Shown here: one piece after another, positions 1 to 10,017 of the stretch | Position numbering within the stretch: position 1 is the first letter of the stretch | How the letters are laid out: the number at the start of each line of letters is the position of its first letter | Assembly: GCA_043818275.1 (NCBI GenBank) | Contig: JBDRFY010000036.1 | Location: forward strand, 1 to 48,225 | DNA from: a bacterium | Lineage (GTDB): Bacteria > Babelota > Babeliae > Babelales > JAUWHS01 | Direction: 5' to 3' | Length of the DNA stretch: 48,225 nucleotides | Notes under the pieces: generated by a model | The model's database searches: none | Seen by the model: the letters and a program-made list of their open reading frames with translations, nothing else | What the model was told of the DNA's origin: nothing | Program-made: the position numbers and the translations under genes

Positions 1-121
1 TTGTTATCTTAAATATTATGTTAATGAAAAATAAAAAATGGAAATTAATGGAACTCAATAGAAAATGTTGTATTTCTCGCTAAAAACAAAAAAATTAATT
101 AATTGACTTAAACACGATTGA

Positions 122-154
122 CTAATAACTTTCGTCCCTACGGGACTTGTCAAA
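122..154 (-). repeat. REP-like palindromic arm (partial), hairpin GTCCC-gta-GGGAC
   Basis: Reverse complement tttgacaagtcccgtagggacgaaagttattag nearly matches 38389-38422 and shares the gacaag-hairpin start of the transposase-flanking repeat. Confidence 0.75.
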
Positions 155-374
155 CAAATTAGCTAAAAACATTACAATACTGAATCTATTTATCAATTTC
201 AAAAAAGGTCGCAACTTGAGTTACGTAAAACAAGATGTTAACTTAAAAAATACTTAATTTCCAATGGGTATAGCTATAACCTTTTTTCTTTGATAAAATT
301 TGTTTTCTTACAAATTTATTAGAAATAATCCAGAAACGTTTGTTTAATTTTTTAAATTTAAGGATTAGTGGTAA

Positions 375-1928
375 ATGGATAAAAAATTTTTATTTGCGAT
401 GTTTCTTTCTTTTTTAACAGTTTGGGTTATTCAACAATATTTTCATAAACCTGAAGAAAAGGGAGTTCCCCAACAGGTTAATCCAGGCCAGTCTTACAAA
501 GTTCCAAGTCAGCAGGAACTGAATTTACCGTTAAATTTGGAAGTTGATTTTATAGACAAAAAAATTACTCAAAAAGAACAGGAAATTTTTGTTGAAACTG
601 ATTTATATGAAGCAACTTTTTCAAATTATGGCGCGGTACTATCAAGTTTGGATTTCAAACAATATTTAGATGGTTATAAAAAAACTTTAAAAACATTAAA
701 GAAACGAAATTTTTATGAAAGAGAACAGGCTGTATTTTTATTAGCATTGCAAGAAAAAACGCCATATTTTTATGATTTTGTAGGTAAACAGGATTTAGAA
801 GATCGAATTGTTGTTTCGTTTCAGGCTCATGCAGATGGCTGGTTAATCAAAAAAAATTATTTTCTTTATAAAAAAATTCATAAAATGGATCTGGAAATAG
901 AATTTGAAAAAAAAGGGAAAAGTGAAATTTCATATTTAAAGCCCAGATTATTTTTTGCAGCACCGCTTGTAACAGAGATTGAAGGAAATACTCAAACAGG
1001 TTTTTATTCAGATATTAATGGTAAAATTCATCTTGTTTCAAGTGGGCAAGAAAAAGATCAGGCCTGGGTTTCCCCACCGGTTTTCGGGGGACAGGATAAA
1101 TATTTTGCGCATTGTTTAATTAAAGATGAATCTTATTTTGTGCAACGTGGTTATTTTAAAACATTTAGCAACAATTTATTGTACTCTGTTTTAGAGGGAC
1201 CAAAAATTGAAGATAAACAAACCTATAAAATATCATTTTATTTAGGCCCCAAAACAGTTAATGATTTAAATGATGTTGATTCAAGATTAGAAGGTTTACT
1301 ATCTTTTGGCTGGTTTTCATGGTTGTGTTTGTTTTTTGTAAGATTATTAAACTGGTTTTATGATTTATTAGGCAATTATGGTTTAGCGATTATTTTTTTG
1401 ACTGTTTTATTAAAGATTCCTTTTTTGCCTGCGTTAATTTATTCAAAGAAAAAAATGGAACATTACAATAAGTATGAGCCTCAAATTAAAGCTATCAGAT
1501 TAAAATATAAAAATAATTTGGCGCTTCAGACTTCTGAACTTGCAAAATTTCATAAAGATCATAATTTATCTCAATTTACTGTTATGATAGGTTGTTTGCC
1601 GATGCTTTTGCAATTTCCAATATTAATTGCTTTTTATAAAGTTGTTGGTAATTCTTTAAATTTATATCAGGCGCCGTTTTTTGGTTGGATTACAGATTTG
1701 TCTGCAAAGGATCCTTACTACGTTTTGCCAGTCTTAATGGGTGTTACAATGTTTTGGTCTCAACGTCTGACTTCTGTAAAAGATGAAAGAACTAAAAATT
1801 TTATGATGTTTATGCCAATTATTACCACCGTAATTTTTTTAAATTTCCCTGCGGGGGTGGTTCTTTACTGGCTTGTAAATAATATTCTTACTGTGGCAGA
1901 AGAATTTTTAAGAAAAAAAATCGTATAA
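375..1928 (+). CDS. yidC: Membrane protein insertase YidC
   Basis: N-terminal TM, large periplasmic domain, GNYGLAII, GCLPMLLQFP, FGWITDLSAKDPYYVLP, PAGVVLYW motifs. Confidence 0.95.
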   Translation: MDKKFLFAMFLSFLTVWVIQQYFHKPEEKGVPQQVNPGQSYKVPSQQELNLPLNLEVDFIDKKITQKEQEIFVETDLYEATFSNYGAVLSSLDFKQYLDGYKKTLKTLKKRNFYEREQAVFLLALQEKTPYFYDFVGKQDLEDRIVVSFQAHADGWLIKKNYFLYKKIHKMDLEIEFEKKGKSEISYLKPRLFFAAPLVTEIEGNTQTGFYSDINGKIHLVSSGQEKDQAWVSPPVFGGQDKYFAHCLIKDESYFVQRGYFKTFSNNLLYSVLEGPKIEDKQTYKISFYLGPKTVNDLNDVDSRLEGLLSFGWFSWLCLFFVRLLNWFYDLLGNYGLAIIFLTVLLKIPFLPALIYSKKKMEHYNKYEPQIKAIRLKYKNNLALQTSELAKFHKDHNLSQFTVMIGCLPMLLQFPILIAFYKVVGNSLNLYQAPFFGWITDLSAKDPYYVLPVLMGVTMFWSQRLTSVKDERTKNFMMFMPIITTVIFLNFPAGVVLYWLVNNILTVAEEFLRKKIV

Positions 1929-1964
1929 ATTAAACGGGGCGCATTGCGCCCCGTTTAATTTTTT
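1927..1964 (+). terminator. Intrinsic terminator hairpin after yidC
   Basis: 16-bp perfect stem aaattaaacggggcgc/gcgccccgtttaattt followed by T run. Confidence 0.8.
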
Positions 1965-1973
1965 GGGAAAAAT

Positions 1974-2573
1974 ATGTTTAATGATTTGCCAAGCTTTCAA
2001 AGATTAATCAGGCAATTGCAACATGTTCCTTATTTGGCAACTAAAAATATTTATCGGATTGCCATTCATTTTTTAACAAGTAATCCAAAACAGTTGGATC
2101 AATTTTGTAATGCTATTTTGGAAGCAAAAAAAAATGTTAAATCATGTTCTGTTTGTTTTAACTGGACAGAAGGAAAAGAACGTTGCTCAATTTGTGAATC
2201 AGACAGAAGAGATAAAAGTACAATTTGTGTAGTTGAGACCTGGTATGATTTATTTGCCATTGAAAACGCAGGTGGATACAACGGAGTATATCATGTTTTG
2301 GGTGGAGCCCTTTGTCCACTTGAAGGAATTGGTCAGGACGATTTAAATATAGAAAGTTTAATTAAAAGAATTGATAAAAACGTAGAAGAAATTATAATGG
2401 CCACTAATCCAACACCTGAGGGGGAGGCAACAGCTAGTTTTATTTCATCAAAAGTGGATAAAAAGAATATAACAATTTCAAGGTTGGCTAGCGGCGTTCC
2501 AATTGGTTCAACTTTAGAGTATATGGATAGGGTTACAATTTATAAAGCTTTATCAGGTAGACGACCATTTTAA
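1974..2573 (+). CDS. recR: Recombination mediator RecR
   Basis: CSVC..CSIC zinc finger, ICVVE, YHVLGGALCPLEGIG, ATNPTPEGEATA, SRLASGVPIG TOPRIM motifs. Confidence 0.96.
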   Translation: MFNDLPSFQRLIRQLQHVPYLATKNIYRIAIHFLTSNPKQLDQFCNAILEAKKNVKSCSVCFNWTEGKERCSICESDRRDKSTICVVETWYDLFAIENAGGYNGVYHVLGGALCPLEGIGQDDLNIESLIKRIDKNVEEIIMATNPTPEGEATASFISSKVDKKNITISRLASGVPIGSTLEYMDRVTIYKALSGRRPF

Positions 2574-2687
2574 ATTAATGTTTCTATTTTCGGATTAATT
2601 TTAAATGCTGTTGTTACGCATGATTTTTATAAAAATAAGTGTTTTAAAATTGTGGTTTGAATTCTAAGCAAATATTGCGTGTAATTG

Positions 2688-2795
2688 GACAAGCCCTGAA
2701 AGGGCGAAATAGGTTAGCCCAGTGCAAAACGCAAAGCGTTGCAGCTCTGGGTAAAAAAGAATCATCCATGATTAAGTCCCGCAGCGGGGCGATAC
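2688..2795 (+). repeat. Left REP-like arm (hairpins GCCCT-gaa-AGGGC; ttagcccagtgc..gcagctctggg; aagtcccgcagcggggcga)
   Basis: Direct reading; inverted match to 3261-3371 and direct match to 48046-48190. Confidence 0.85.
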
Positions 2796-2810
2796 AATTT
2801 GCAGGGTTAC

Positions 2811-3260
2811 ATGAGTCATACATATTCAAGTATTTTTTTTCATATAGTTTGGTCAACTAAAAATCGCTTACCAAAGATAACAGATGTTTTTAAAGAAAAG
2901 TTATATGGTTATATTGGTGGAATTATTAAAAATGAAAGATGTGAACTTCTTGTAATTGGTGGCATGTCAGACCACATTCATATTCTGGTTCGAATTCCAG
3001 CTCAATATTCGGTTGCTAATTTAGTTTGCAAAATTAAATCTAATTCTTCTAAATTTATTAATCAATCTCATTCACAAATGAAATTTTTATGGCAAGCAGG
3101 TTATGGGGTATTTTCCGTAAGTTTATCAAAAGTTAATGTTGTAAAAAATTATATCATTAATCAGGAAATTCATCTCAAAAAATATTCCTTTATGGATGAA
3201 TTTTTAAAATTATTGAATAAACATGAAATTGAGCATGACAAAAAATATTTATTTAAATAA
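2811..3260 (+). CDS. tnpA: IS200/IS605-superfamily Y1 HUH transposase (TnpA/RAYT-like)
   Basis: FHIVWSTKNR, DHIH (HUH), WQAGY, catalytic YIxNQ; ATG at 2811 gives a typical MSHTYS start; no tnpB adjacent. Confidence 0.9.
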   Translation: MSHTYSSIFFHIVWSTKNRLPKITDVFKEKLYGYIGGIIKNERCELLVIGGMSDHIHILVRIPAQYSVANLVCKIKSNSSKFINQSHSQMKFLWQAGYGVFSVSLSKVNVVKNYIINQEIHLKKYSFMDEFLKLLNKHEIEHDKKYLFK

Positions 3261-3371
3261 GTGTCGCCCCGCAAGCGGGACTTGGTGGTGTGGTATATTT
3301 TATCCCCAGAGCTGCGCGATCAGAGATCGCTTGCACTGGGCTAACATTTGTCGCCCTTGTCAGGGCTTATC
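3261..3371 (-). repeat. Right REP-like arm
   Basis: Reverse complement gataagccctgacaagggcga..gttagcccagtgcaa..gcagctctggg..aagtcccgcttgcggggcgacac mirrors the left arm. Confidence 0.85.
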
Positions 3372-3481
3372 ATTTAAGAGATTAAGCTTTATTTTTAAAA
3401 ATCAGTTAAGGTTTCCTATTTTTTTATTAAGCGTTAAGGGAATACTCTTTAAGAATTTTATTCTTCGTTTAATTGGGTAAT

Positions 3482-5869
3482 ATGTTAATTCGGGCAGCTT
3501 TTGGGATATTTATTGTTCAGATATTGTTGATATTTTATTCTGTTTCCTCTCAATCAAATAATTTAAATAAATCTATAAGAGTTTTAAAGATCAATAGCAT
3601 TAAACAAAGAATTGAGAATTATAACAAAATAATATTTCAGGGTTCTGTTGATATTTTAATTGATAAAAATTTTCATATATGGGCGGATTTTGTCGAAGTT
3701 GATAAAGAGAAACAAATTTTAATTGCCAGAAGTAATCCAGGTAGTTTTATTGAAATAGAAAACAATGATTTTATAATTTTGGCAGAAAGTTTTTCGTTAG
3801 AACTTGATAATAAAAATGGTATTGCAAAAAATGTAAAGATTCATTTTGATGAAGGTTTTGTTTCTGCGCAAAAGGCAGAGAAAGTTGATAATAATTGGTA
3901 TTTGGATGAAATTCTTTTTACTCCATGTGATAAAATTCCACCACATTGGTCGATAACAGCAAAGCACGCAACGCTTTATGGTAATTATTTATTAAGAACT
4001 TCAGGAATAATTTTTAAAGCCGGTGATTTACCGATTTTTATATGGCCATATTTGGCTTTGCCGATTCAGGGAAAATCCCGTTCTGGTTTTTTGCTTCCCA
4101 AATTTTCTTATGATGATGATTTGGGCCCTGGTATTAACCAGGAATTTTATTGGTATCTTTCTAAACATTGTGATAGTACTTTTCGCTTTGACTGGAGGGA
4201 TAGAAAAGGATTAGTTTTTTCAGATCTTTTTAGATGGGCTAGAGGGGCAGAATCTTTTTCTGAGGTGAATGCGCAATATGCTATTGAGCGTGGTTCGTTT
4301 TTTCAAAGAAAAGATGAAGTTGTAAAAGGGACAACGAAGCATTATTGGATTACAGGAAAAGATTTTCGTCCGATTCCTGTTTCTTTTAGTAAAAAGGATA
4401 TATCAAACCTTTTGCGTGTAGATTTTGGAACAGATAAAAGAATAGGTTTTGAATTTTTTAATGAAACTGAATCAGTAGAAGATACTTTTAATAATTCTTT
4501 GTTTTGGCGACATTTTTCAGATTATGGTGTTTTAAAATTTACATGGTTTGATGGAAGTAAAAGTTGGCGTAAAAGATTTTTTGAAATGAGTGATAATGAA
4601 ATTAGAAATTTTTTAGGTCCGATTGCGTTTGAAGAGATTGCTCTTATAAAAAGGGATGTTTTTTCATGTAAAAAAGAATTGGAAGATAGAATTGAGGTTT
4701 GGAGGTTACCAAGATTTGAATTTAATTCCGCTTATAAAAATATTTTTAATTTTTTTTCTTACAGGCAAGATTTTTTTGTTGATAGAATAAGCTCCAGACA
4801 AATGGCAAAAGAACAAATCTTTTTTGAATCAAGGGTTGTGAAACAAAAAGATATTTTACCTTTGCAAAAAACGGATACGCTACGTTTTTTTTATCAGGGG
4901 GAGTTACAAAAAACAACTCGGGTTAAAGATCAATTGTTTAAATTTTTTGTAGAGCCGCAAATTCAGCTTAGATCTAAGGTTATGGATGAAAATGGTGATT
5001 TTTCATCGGTGAATTGTTTGCAGGGAAAAATTGGAAATGATGGGGCATATCGATTTTTTGCAAATTATGGAATTGAATGGGCTTTGCCCGAATATTTTTC
5101 ATCATCAAAAAATTTTGAATATTCCCGATATATACAACCACTTTTTAGATGGGATTTTGTACCTAAAATATTTCAGGATAATTGGTATCACGTTGATGAA
5201 TTTGATGAAATTTTTCCTAAAAACAGAATAGAATTTTGTTTTCGAAATAACTGGTATTGGCAGAATTTGGAAATGGATATTGATGTTTCACAGGGGTTTG
5301 ATTTTTACAATAGAGATGATTTTTTTTATTTGGACAGAGTTCCGCATCAAAAAAATTTGCTTCCATTTAAAATTGATTTTGGGCTAAATAGTGATGGTTT
5401 AAATATTTTTTTAAGTCAGGAATATGATTTGGGAAGTTTTAAATTATTGCAATCTCAAATTAATGCGCAGTTAAATGTCAGTAAGTTTAATTTATTTGTT
5501 GGTCTTTATTATCAAAATAGGGAATTGCAAAAAACAAGAAAACTTTTAAGTGATCTTCCACATTTTGTTTTTTTTGGCATTGATATACCAATTACTAAAC
5601 AGACCTCTTTTACTTACACAGGACATTTTTATTCAACAAAACAAAATACTTTTTTACCATTGGAAGGTATTGAACCATTGGTACATAAAATTTATTTGAA
5701 TTATTCCGGGCATTGTTGGGGTATGAATCTTGGTTTTGAAGAAAAGAATTACAGGCAATTTGGTAATTGGAAGAGTGAAAAAGCTTTTGTTTTAAGTATT
5801 AAATTAGAATCACTTGGTTCTTTCTCAAGAAAGTTTAAACGACCCGTTATGAGTCATTATGATTGGTAG
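3482..5869 (+). CDS. lptD: LPS-assembly protein LptD (OstA-like N-terminus plus beta-barrel)
   Basis: Signal-like N-terminus, FTPC..PPHWSITA motif, SRSGFLLP motif, aromatic beta-strand-rich C-terminus with HCWG, ~795 aa. Confidence 0.8.
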   Translation: MLIRAAFGIFIVQILLIFYSVSSQSNNLNKSIRVLKINSIKQRIENYNKIIFQGSVDILIDKNFHIWADFVEVDKEKQILIARSNPGSFIEIENNDFIILAESFSLELDNKNGIAKNVKIHFDEGFVSAQKAEKVDNNWYLDEILFTPCDKIPPHWSITAKHATLYGNYLLRTSGIIFKAGDLPIFIWPYLALPIQGKSRSGFLLPKFSYDDDLGPGINQEFYWYLSKHCDSTFRFDWRDRKGLVFSDLFRWARGAESFSEVNAQYAIERGSFFQRKDEVVKGTTKHYWITGKDFRPIPVSFSKKDISNLLRVDFGTDKRIGFEFFNETESVEDTFNNSLFWRHFSDYGVLKFTWFDGSKSWRKRFFEMSDNEIRNFLGPIAFEEIALIKRDVFSCKKELEDRIEVWRLPRFEFNSAYKNIFNFFSYRQDFFVDRISSRQMAKEQIFFESRVVKQKDILPLQKTDTLRFFYQGELQKTTRVKDQLFKFFVEPQIQLRSKVMDENGDFSSVNCLQGKIGNDGAYRFFANYGIEWALPEYFSSSKNFEYSRYIQPLFRWDFVPKIFQDNWYHVDEFDEIFPKNRIEFCFRNNWYWQNLEMDIDVSQGFDFYNRDDFFYLDRVPHQKNLLPFKIDFGLNSDGLNIFLSQEYDLGSFKLLQSQINAQLNVSKFNLFVGLYYQNRELQKTRKLLSDLPHFVFFGIDIPITKQTSFTYTGHFYSTKQNTFLPLEGIEPLVHKIYLNYSGHCWGMNLGFEEKNYRQFGNWKSEKAFVLSIKLESLGSFSRKFKRPVMSHYDW

Positions 5870-5896
5870 GGGTTTATTATAAAAAAAGGATTACCA

Positions 5897-7156
5897 ATGT
5901 TTAAAAATCGCAGAAAAAATTTAGTTAATATTTTAAAGCAACAATATCCGGAGATTTCAAAGGGTGTAATTTTATTGTTTGCGGATTTTGAAAATACAAA
6001 ATATAAATTTCGACAAGAAAGTTCCTTTTATTATTTAACCGGAATAACAGAACCTGCTTGTGTTCTTGCTATTTATTTTGATCAGGAAGGTATTGAAGAA
6101 ATTTTGTATTTACCAAATTATGGAGGTGTTAGGGAAAAATGGGTGACAACTTTTCTTGGCCCTGATGGTGAATCTGCAAAAATGCTTGGGGTTAATCAGA
6201 TTAAAAGTTTGGGTGAAGTTCAGAAAAGTTTTATTTTTGGAAAAAAATTTAGCAAAGAAAAATATTTAAATTTAATTGGTGATTTAAATCGAAAAATTAA
6301 CATCAAAACAACTCTTTTTGCGTTGATTGATGAAAGCGAAGATCAATATTTTGATCAAACAAGAATTTGTAAAAAATTGAATGATTTTTTTCCTGAAATT
6401 AAAACAATAAATATTATTTTATTTGTTGATGAAATGAGAAGAATTAAAAGCAAGCATGAAGTTGATTTAATTTACAACGCGATTCAGATTACAAGTTTGG
6501 CGCATGAGTCAGCGGCCAAAATTATAAAACAAAATCGAACAGAGATTGAAATTCAGGCAATGATAGAAGCTGTTTTTACAAAAATGGATGCAACTAGGGC
6601 GTTTCCAAGTATTGTTGCAACAGGAAAGAACACAACAGTTTTGCATTATTTTCCGCAAAATAAAAAGTTACAAAAAGGAGATCTTGTTTTAATTGATATA
6701 GGATCAGAATATAAATATTATGCTTCAGATCTTACGCGAACTTATCCGGTTGGTGGAAAGTTTAGCCAACGTCAAAAAGAAGTTTATGAAATAGTATTAC
6801 AAGCACAATCTTATGTTGAAAACATGGCAAAACCAGGAATGTTTATAAATAATCAAGATCAACCTGAAAAATCTTTGCAACACCAGGCAGTAGAATTTTT
6901 AGAACAAAAAGGGTTTGAAAAATATTTTTTCCATGGTATTGGTCATTATTTAGGTATTGATGTTCATGATGTTGGAAATGTAAAAGAACCTTTAATGCCT
7001 GGAGCTGTTTTTACAATTGAGCCAGGCATATATATTACTGAAGAAAATTTAGGAATAAGAATAGAAGACGATTATTTAATGACAGATCAGGGTGCTGTTT
7101 GTTTGAGTTATCAATTACCTAAAACGATTGAAGAAATTGAAGCATTGTTTAAATAA
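5897..7156 (+). CDS. pepP: Xaa-Pro aminopeptidase (aminopeptidase P, M24B)
   Basis: FRQESSFYYLTG, ASDLTRT, HGIGHYLGIDVHD, TIEPG, GIRIEDD. Confidence 0.92.
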   Translation: MFKNRRKNLVNILKQQYPEISKGVILLFADFENTKYKFRQESSFYYLTGITEPACVLAIYFDQEGIEEILYLPNYGGVREKWVTTFLGPDGESAKMLGVNQIKSLGEVQKSFIFGKKFSKEKYLNLIGDLNRKINIKTTLFALIDESEDQYFDQTRICKKLNDFFPEIKTINIILFVDEMRRIKSKHEVDLIYNAIQITSLAHESAAKIIKQNRTEIEIQAMIEAVFTKMDATRAFPSIVATGKNTTVLHYFPQNKKLQKGDLVLIDIGSEYKYYASDLTRTYPVGGKFSQRQKEVYEIVLQAQSYVENMAKPGMFINNQDQPEKSLQHQAVEFLEQKGFEKYFFHGIGHYLGIDVHDVGNVKEPLMPGAVFTIEPGIYITEENLGIRIEDDYLMTDQGAVCLSYQLPKTIEEIEALFK

Positions 7157-7160
7157 AAAA

Positions 7161-7970
7161 TTATAAATTTTTGATTTCAATAATTTTACCAACCCCTGCA
7201 TTTATATATTTTTTTTTGTATTGAGCAGAAAATAATTTTCTTGTTAAATCCCCGGAACAATGACAAGGTGCTACATATTTAATATTGAGATTTTTAAAAT
7301 GTTCAATTATTTTTTTTAGCTCAGTTTCGTTTTTATTTAATAAATGAAAACCACCTATTACTAGTAAAATATTATTTTCAATTAATTTGTTGGATTTTTC
7401 TATTATTTTTAAAATTCCAGGGTGTGCACATCCTACGATAACTAAATTACCTTTATCGGTTTTAATTATTAATGATTGTTCTTTAATTTCAGTACCCATT
7501 TCGCCAGTTGTTTTAACATTAGTGCAAATATTACAAGGGTTATCAACCTCAATTATTTTCGGTCCTTTTTCTTTTATTTCATTTTTGAATTGTTTTGGAA
7601 AAGATTTTGGAATGTATATAGTACAACTTGGATTGTTTTCAAGAAATTTATGCAAACCGCCAATGTGATCATAATGATTATGAGACAAAATTAGAAAGTC
7701 TATTTTTTTAGGATCTATTTTTAATTTTTTCATGTTTTCTAATAATAAGTCACCGTTTGCTCCTGTATCAAAAAGAATTGTGTGTTTTACTGTTTTTATT
7801 ATGCAACTAAATCCCCAAGATGTTTTTAATTCTTTGTTATAAGGATTATTATCATAAATAATAGTAATTACAGGAAAATAATCTTTTTGAGTAAATTTGT
7901 TTTTTAAAAGCATATTGATGCCTATGAAAAAAAATAATAATGATAAAATCAAAAAAAATAATTTTTTCAT
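7161..7970 (-). CDS. MBL-fold metallo-hydrolase (COG1237-like) with N-terminal membrane anchor
   Basis: LFDTG, SHNHYDHIGG (HxHxDH), GCAHPG, GGFHL, PCHCSG. Confidence 0.88.
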   Translation of the reverse strand: MKKLFFLILSLLFFFIGINMLLKNKFTQKDYFPVITIIYDNNPYNKELKTSWGFSCIIKTVKHTILFDTGANGDLLLENMKKLKIDPKKIDFLILSHNHYDHIGGLHKFLENNPSCTIYIPKSFPKQFKNEIKEKGPKIIEVDNPCNICTNVKTTGEMGTEIKEQSLIIKTDKGNLVIVGCAHPGILKIIEKSNKLIENNILLVIGGFHLLNKNETELKKIIEHFKNLNIKYVAPCHCSGDLTRKLFSAQYKKKYINAGVGKIIEIKNL

Positions 7971-8085
7971 GTTATAAAAAATTTTAATTGTTTAACTCCA
8001 AGATAAATTAACTTATAATGTGAAAAGTTATTTTAGCAAATTTAAATTTTATATCATCAAAAAAATGAGAGAAAGAAGGGACGTA

Positions 8086-9735
8086 ATGAATTATTTACTG
8101 GAGAGAGTGAAAAATCAAAAAACAAAATTTATTGTTGTTACTGGTGGAGTTTGTTCTTCGATTGGAAAAGGAGTTCTTACTTCTTCTTTGGGTGTACTTC
8201 TTAAAAATTCTGGATATTCAGTATCAGTTGTTAAATGGGATCCATATTTAAATGTTGATCCTGGAACGATGTCGCCATTAGTTCACGGAGAAGTTTTTGT
8301 AACTGAGGATGGTGCAGAAACTGATTTAGATTTGGGGCATTATGAAAGAGTTCTTGGTGTAAATTTAACAAAAGATTCTTCTGTTTCTTCGGGCCAGATT
8401 TTTAAAGAAATCCTTAATGGTGAGCGCAAAGGGAAATATCTGGGAAAATGTATACAATTTATTCCTCATGTTGTCGATGCAATTAAAAATCGGTTATTTA
8501 ATTTTTCTCTCAATCAAAAAAAAGATTTTATTTTAGTTGAAATTGGTGGAACAGTTGGTGATATGGAGGGGCAGGCCTTTTTGGAAGCTGTAAGACAAAT
8601 TAAAATGGAGATTGGAAGAAAAAGGGTTTTTCTTGCGCATTTAAGTTATGTTCCATACTTGCAGTGGACAGGTGAGGTAAAAACTAAACCAACGCAGCAT
8701 AGTGTTAGTGATTTAAAAAGATTTGGTTTAACTCCGGATAGTTTATTTTTACGTGCGGATAAAACAATATAAGAAAATGCTATTAAAAAACTTTCAGTGA
8801 TGTGTGAAATAGAAAAAGATTTAATTTTTCAGGTTTTGACATTTAAACCTGCATGGCAACTTTTTTTTGAATTAAATGAACAGGATGTTAATAAAAGAAT
8901 TCAGGAATGGTTTGGAATTAAAAAAATAAAAAATGCAAAATTAGGCAAATGGAAGCAGCTGCTTGATGTTATTAAAATTTCTAAAAAAGGAATTAAAGTT
9001 GGTCTTGTTGCGAAATATGTTGGAAATAATGATCCGTATATTAGTGTTGTACAGGCAATTAAATCTTCCGGTTATCATTATAAAAAAGATATAGAAATTA
9101 TTGTAATTGAAGCTGAAGGATTGGAGCTTGCGGGATATAACGGAAAATCGAATTCATGGAATCAATTAAAATCAGTTGACGGAATTATTATTCCTGGTGG
9201 TTTTGATATGCGAGGAGTTGAAGGAAAGATTTTTGCGGCACGTTATGCGCGTGAAAATAAAATTTCATATTTTGGACTTTGTTTGGGATTACAAATAATG
9301 TTAATCGAATTTGCGCGAAATGTTTTGCAGTTTAAAGGGGCTTCAAGTACCGAATTTGATAAAAATACAAAATATCCTGTAATAAGTTTGCTTGAAGAAC
9401 AAAAAGGAATAAAAGAAAAAGGCGGCACAATGCGCCTTGGCGCTTTTCCATGCACAATATTACCAGGAACTTTAGCCTTTAAGGCGTACAAGAAAAAATT
9501 AATTTATGAACGCCATCGTCACAGGTATGAATTTAATAATGAATTTAAAAAGGATTATGAAAAAAAAGGAACAGTTTTTTCAGGTATTTATAAAGAAAAG
9601 GATTTGGTTGAAATTGCGGAATTAAAAAATCATCCATTTATGCTTGGTACACAATTTCATCCGGAATTTAAATCTTCTCCTTTGCATTCACATCCATTGT
9701 TTGATTTGTTTATAAAAACTGTGATTAAAAAATAA
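8086..9735 (+). pseudogene. pyrG: CTP synthase interrupted by one in-frame TAA at 8770-8772 (nonsense mutation or sequence error)
   Basis: VTGGVCSSIGKG, DPYLNVDPGTMSP, KTKPTQHSV upstream; GLCLG, ERHRHRYE, QFHPEF downstream; both ORF pieces are in the same frame (..KTI*ENAIKKLSVMCE..). Confidence 0.85.
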
Positions 9736-9736
9736 A

Positions 9737-9766
9737 AAACACCCCGATAAATTTATCGGGGTGTTT
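9737..9766. terminator. Bidirectional terminator-like palindrome between convergent genes
   Basis: Perfect 30-nt palindrome aaacaccccgataaatttatcggggtgttt. Confidence 0.75.
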
Positions 9767-9787
9767 GAATTTAATTGAAATTATGTG

Positions 9788-10000
9788 TTATTCGGATTCA
9801 ATATCAGAATCTATTTCCATATCTACAGGTTCATTATCGGTTGCGTTTTCTTCAAATTCATCTTCTGTTTCTTCAAAAACTTCATAAAAGCCAATGTTAT
9901 TAGGATTATCATATGGGAACAACATGCTAATATCTTGTTCTTTTGATTGAGCATGTGTTATAAATCCCAATAATAATGCAATCGCTAATATTTTTTTCAT
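9788..10000 (-). CDS. Small secreted acidic hypothetical protein
   Basis: MKKILAIALLLGFITHA signal peptide, D/E-rich tail, ggga RBS upstream. Confidence 0.65.
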   Translation of the reverse strand: MKKILAIALLLGFITHAQSKEQDISMLFPYDNPNNIGFYEVFEETEDEFEENATDNEPVDMEIDSDIESE

Positions 10001-10017
10001 TTTTTTCCCATATTATT

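Larger units (their letters stand above)
2688..3371. mobile_element. REPtron-like unit: Y1 HUH transposase between two ~110-nt modular inverted repeats
   Basis: Left arm 2688-2795 and right arm 3261-3371 are reverse complements in three GC-rich hairpin modules and directly flank the transposase ORF. Confidence 0.85.

Noticed and set aside
2644..3480. Short ORFs 2644-2856, 2657-2860 and 3223-3480 as accessory transposon genes
   Set aside because: They are translations of the inverted-repeat arms (both give LHWAN), with no RBS or recognisable domain
3261..3480. TnpB/IscB or omega-RNA downstream of tnpA
   Set aside because: No RuvC-containing ORF follows; the structured region is the mirror of the left arm and lptD starts at 3482
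8770..8772. Alternative genetic code or programmed stop read-through
   Set aside because: TAA terminates many intact genes in this window, TGG is used for Trp, and no second case was seen
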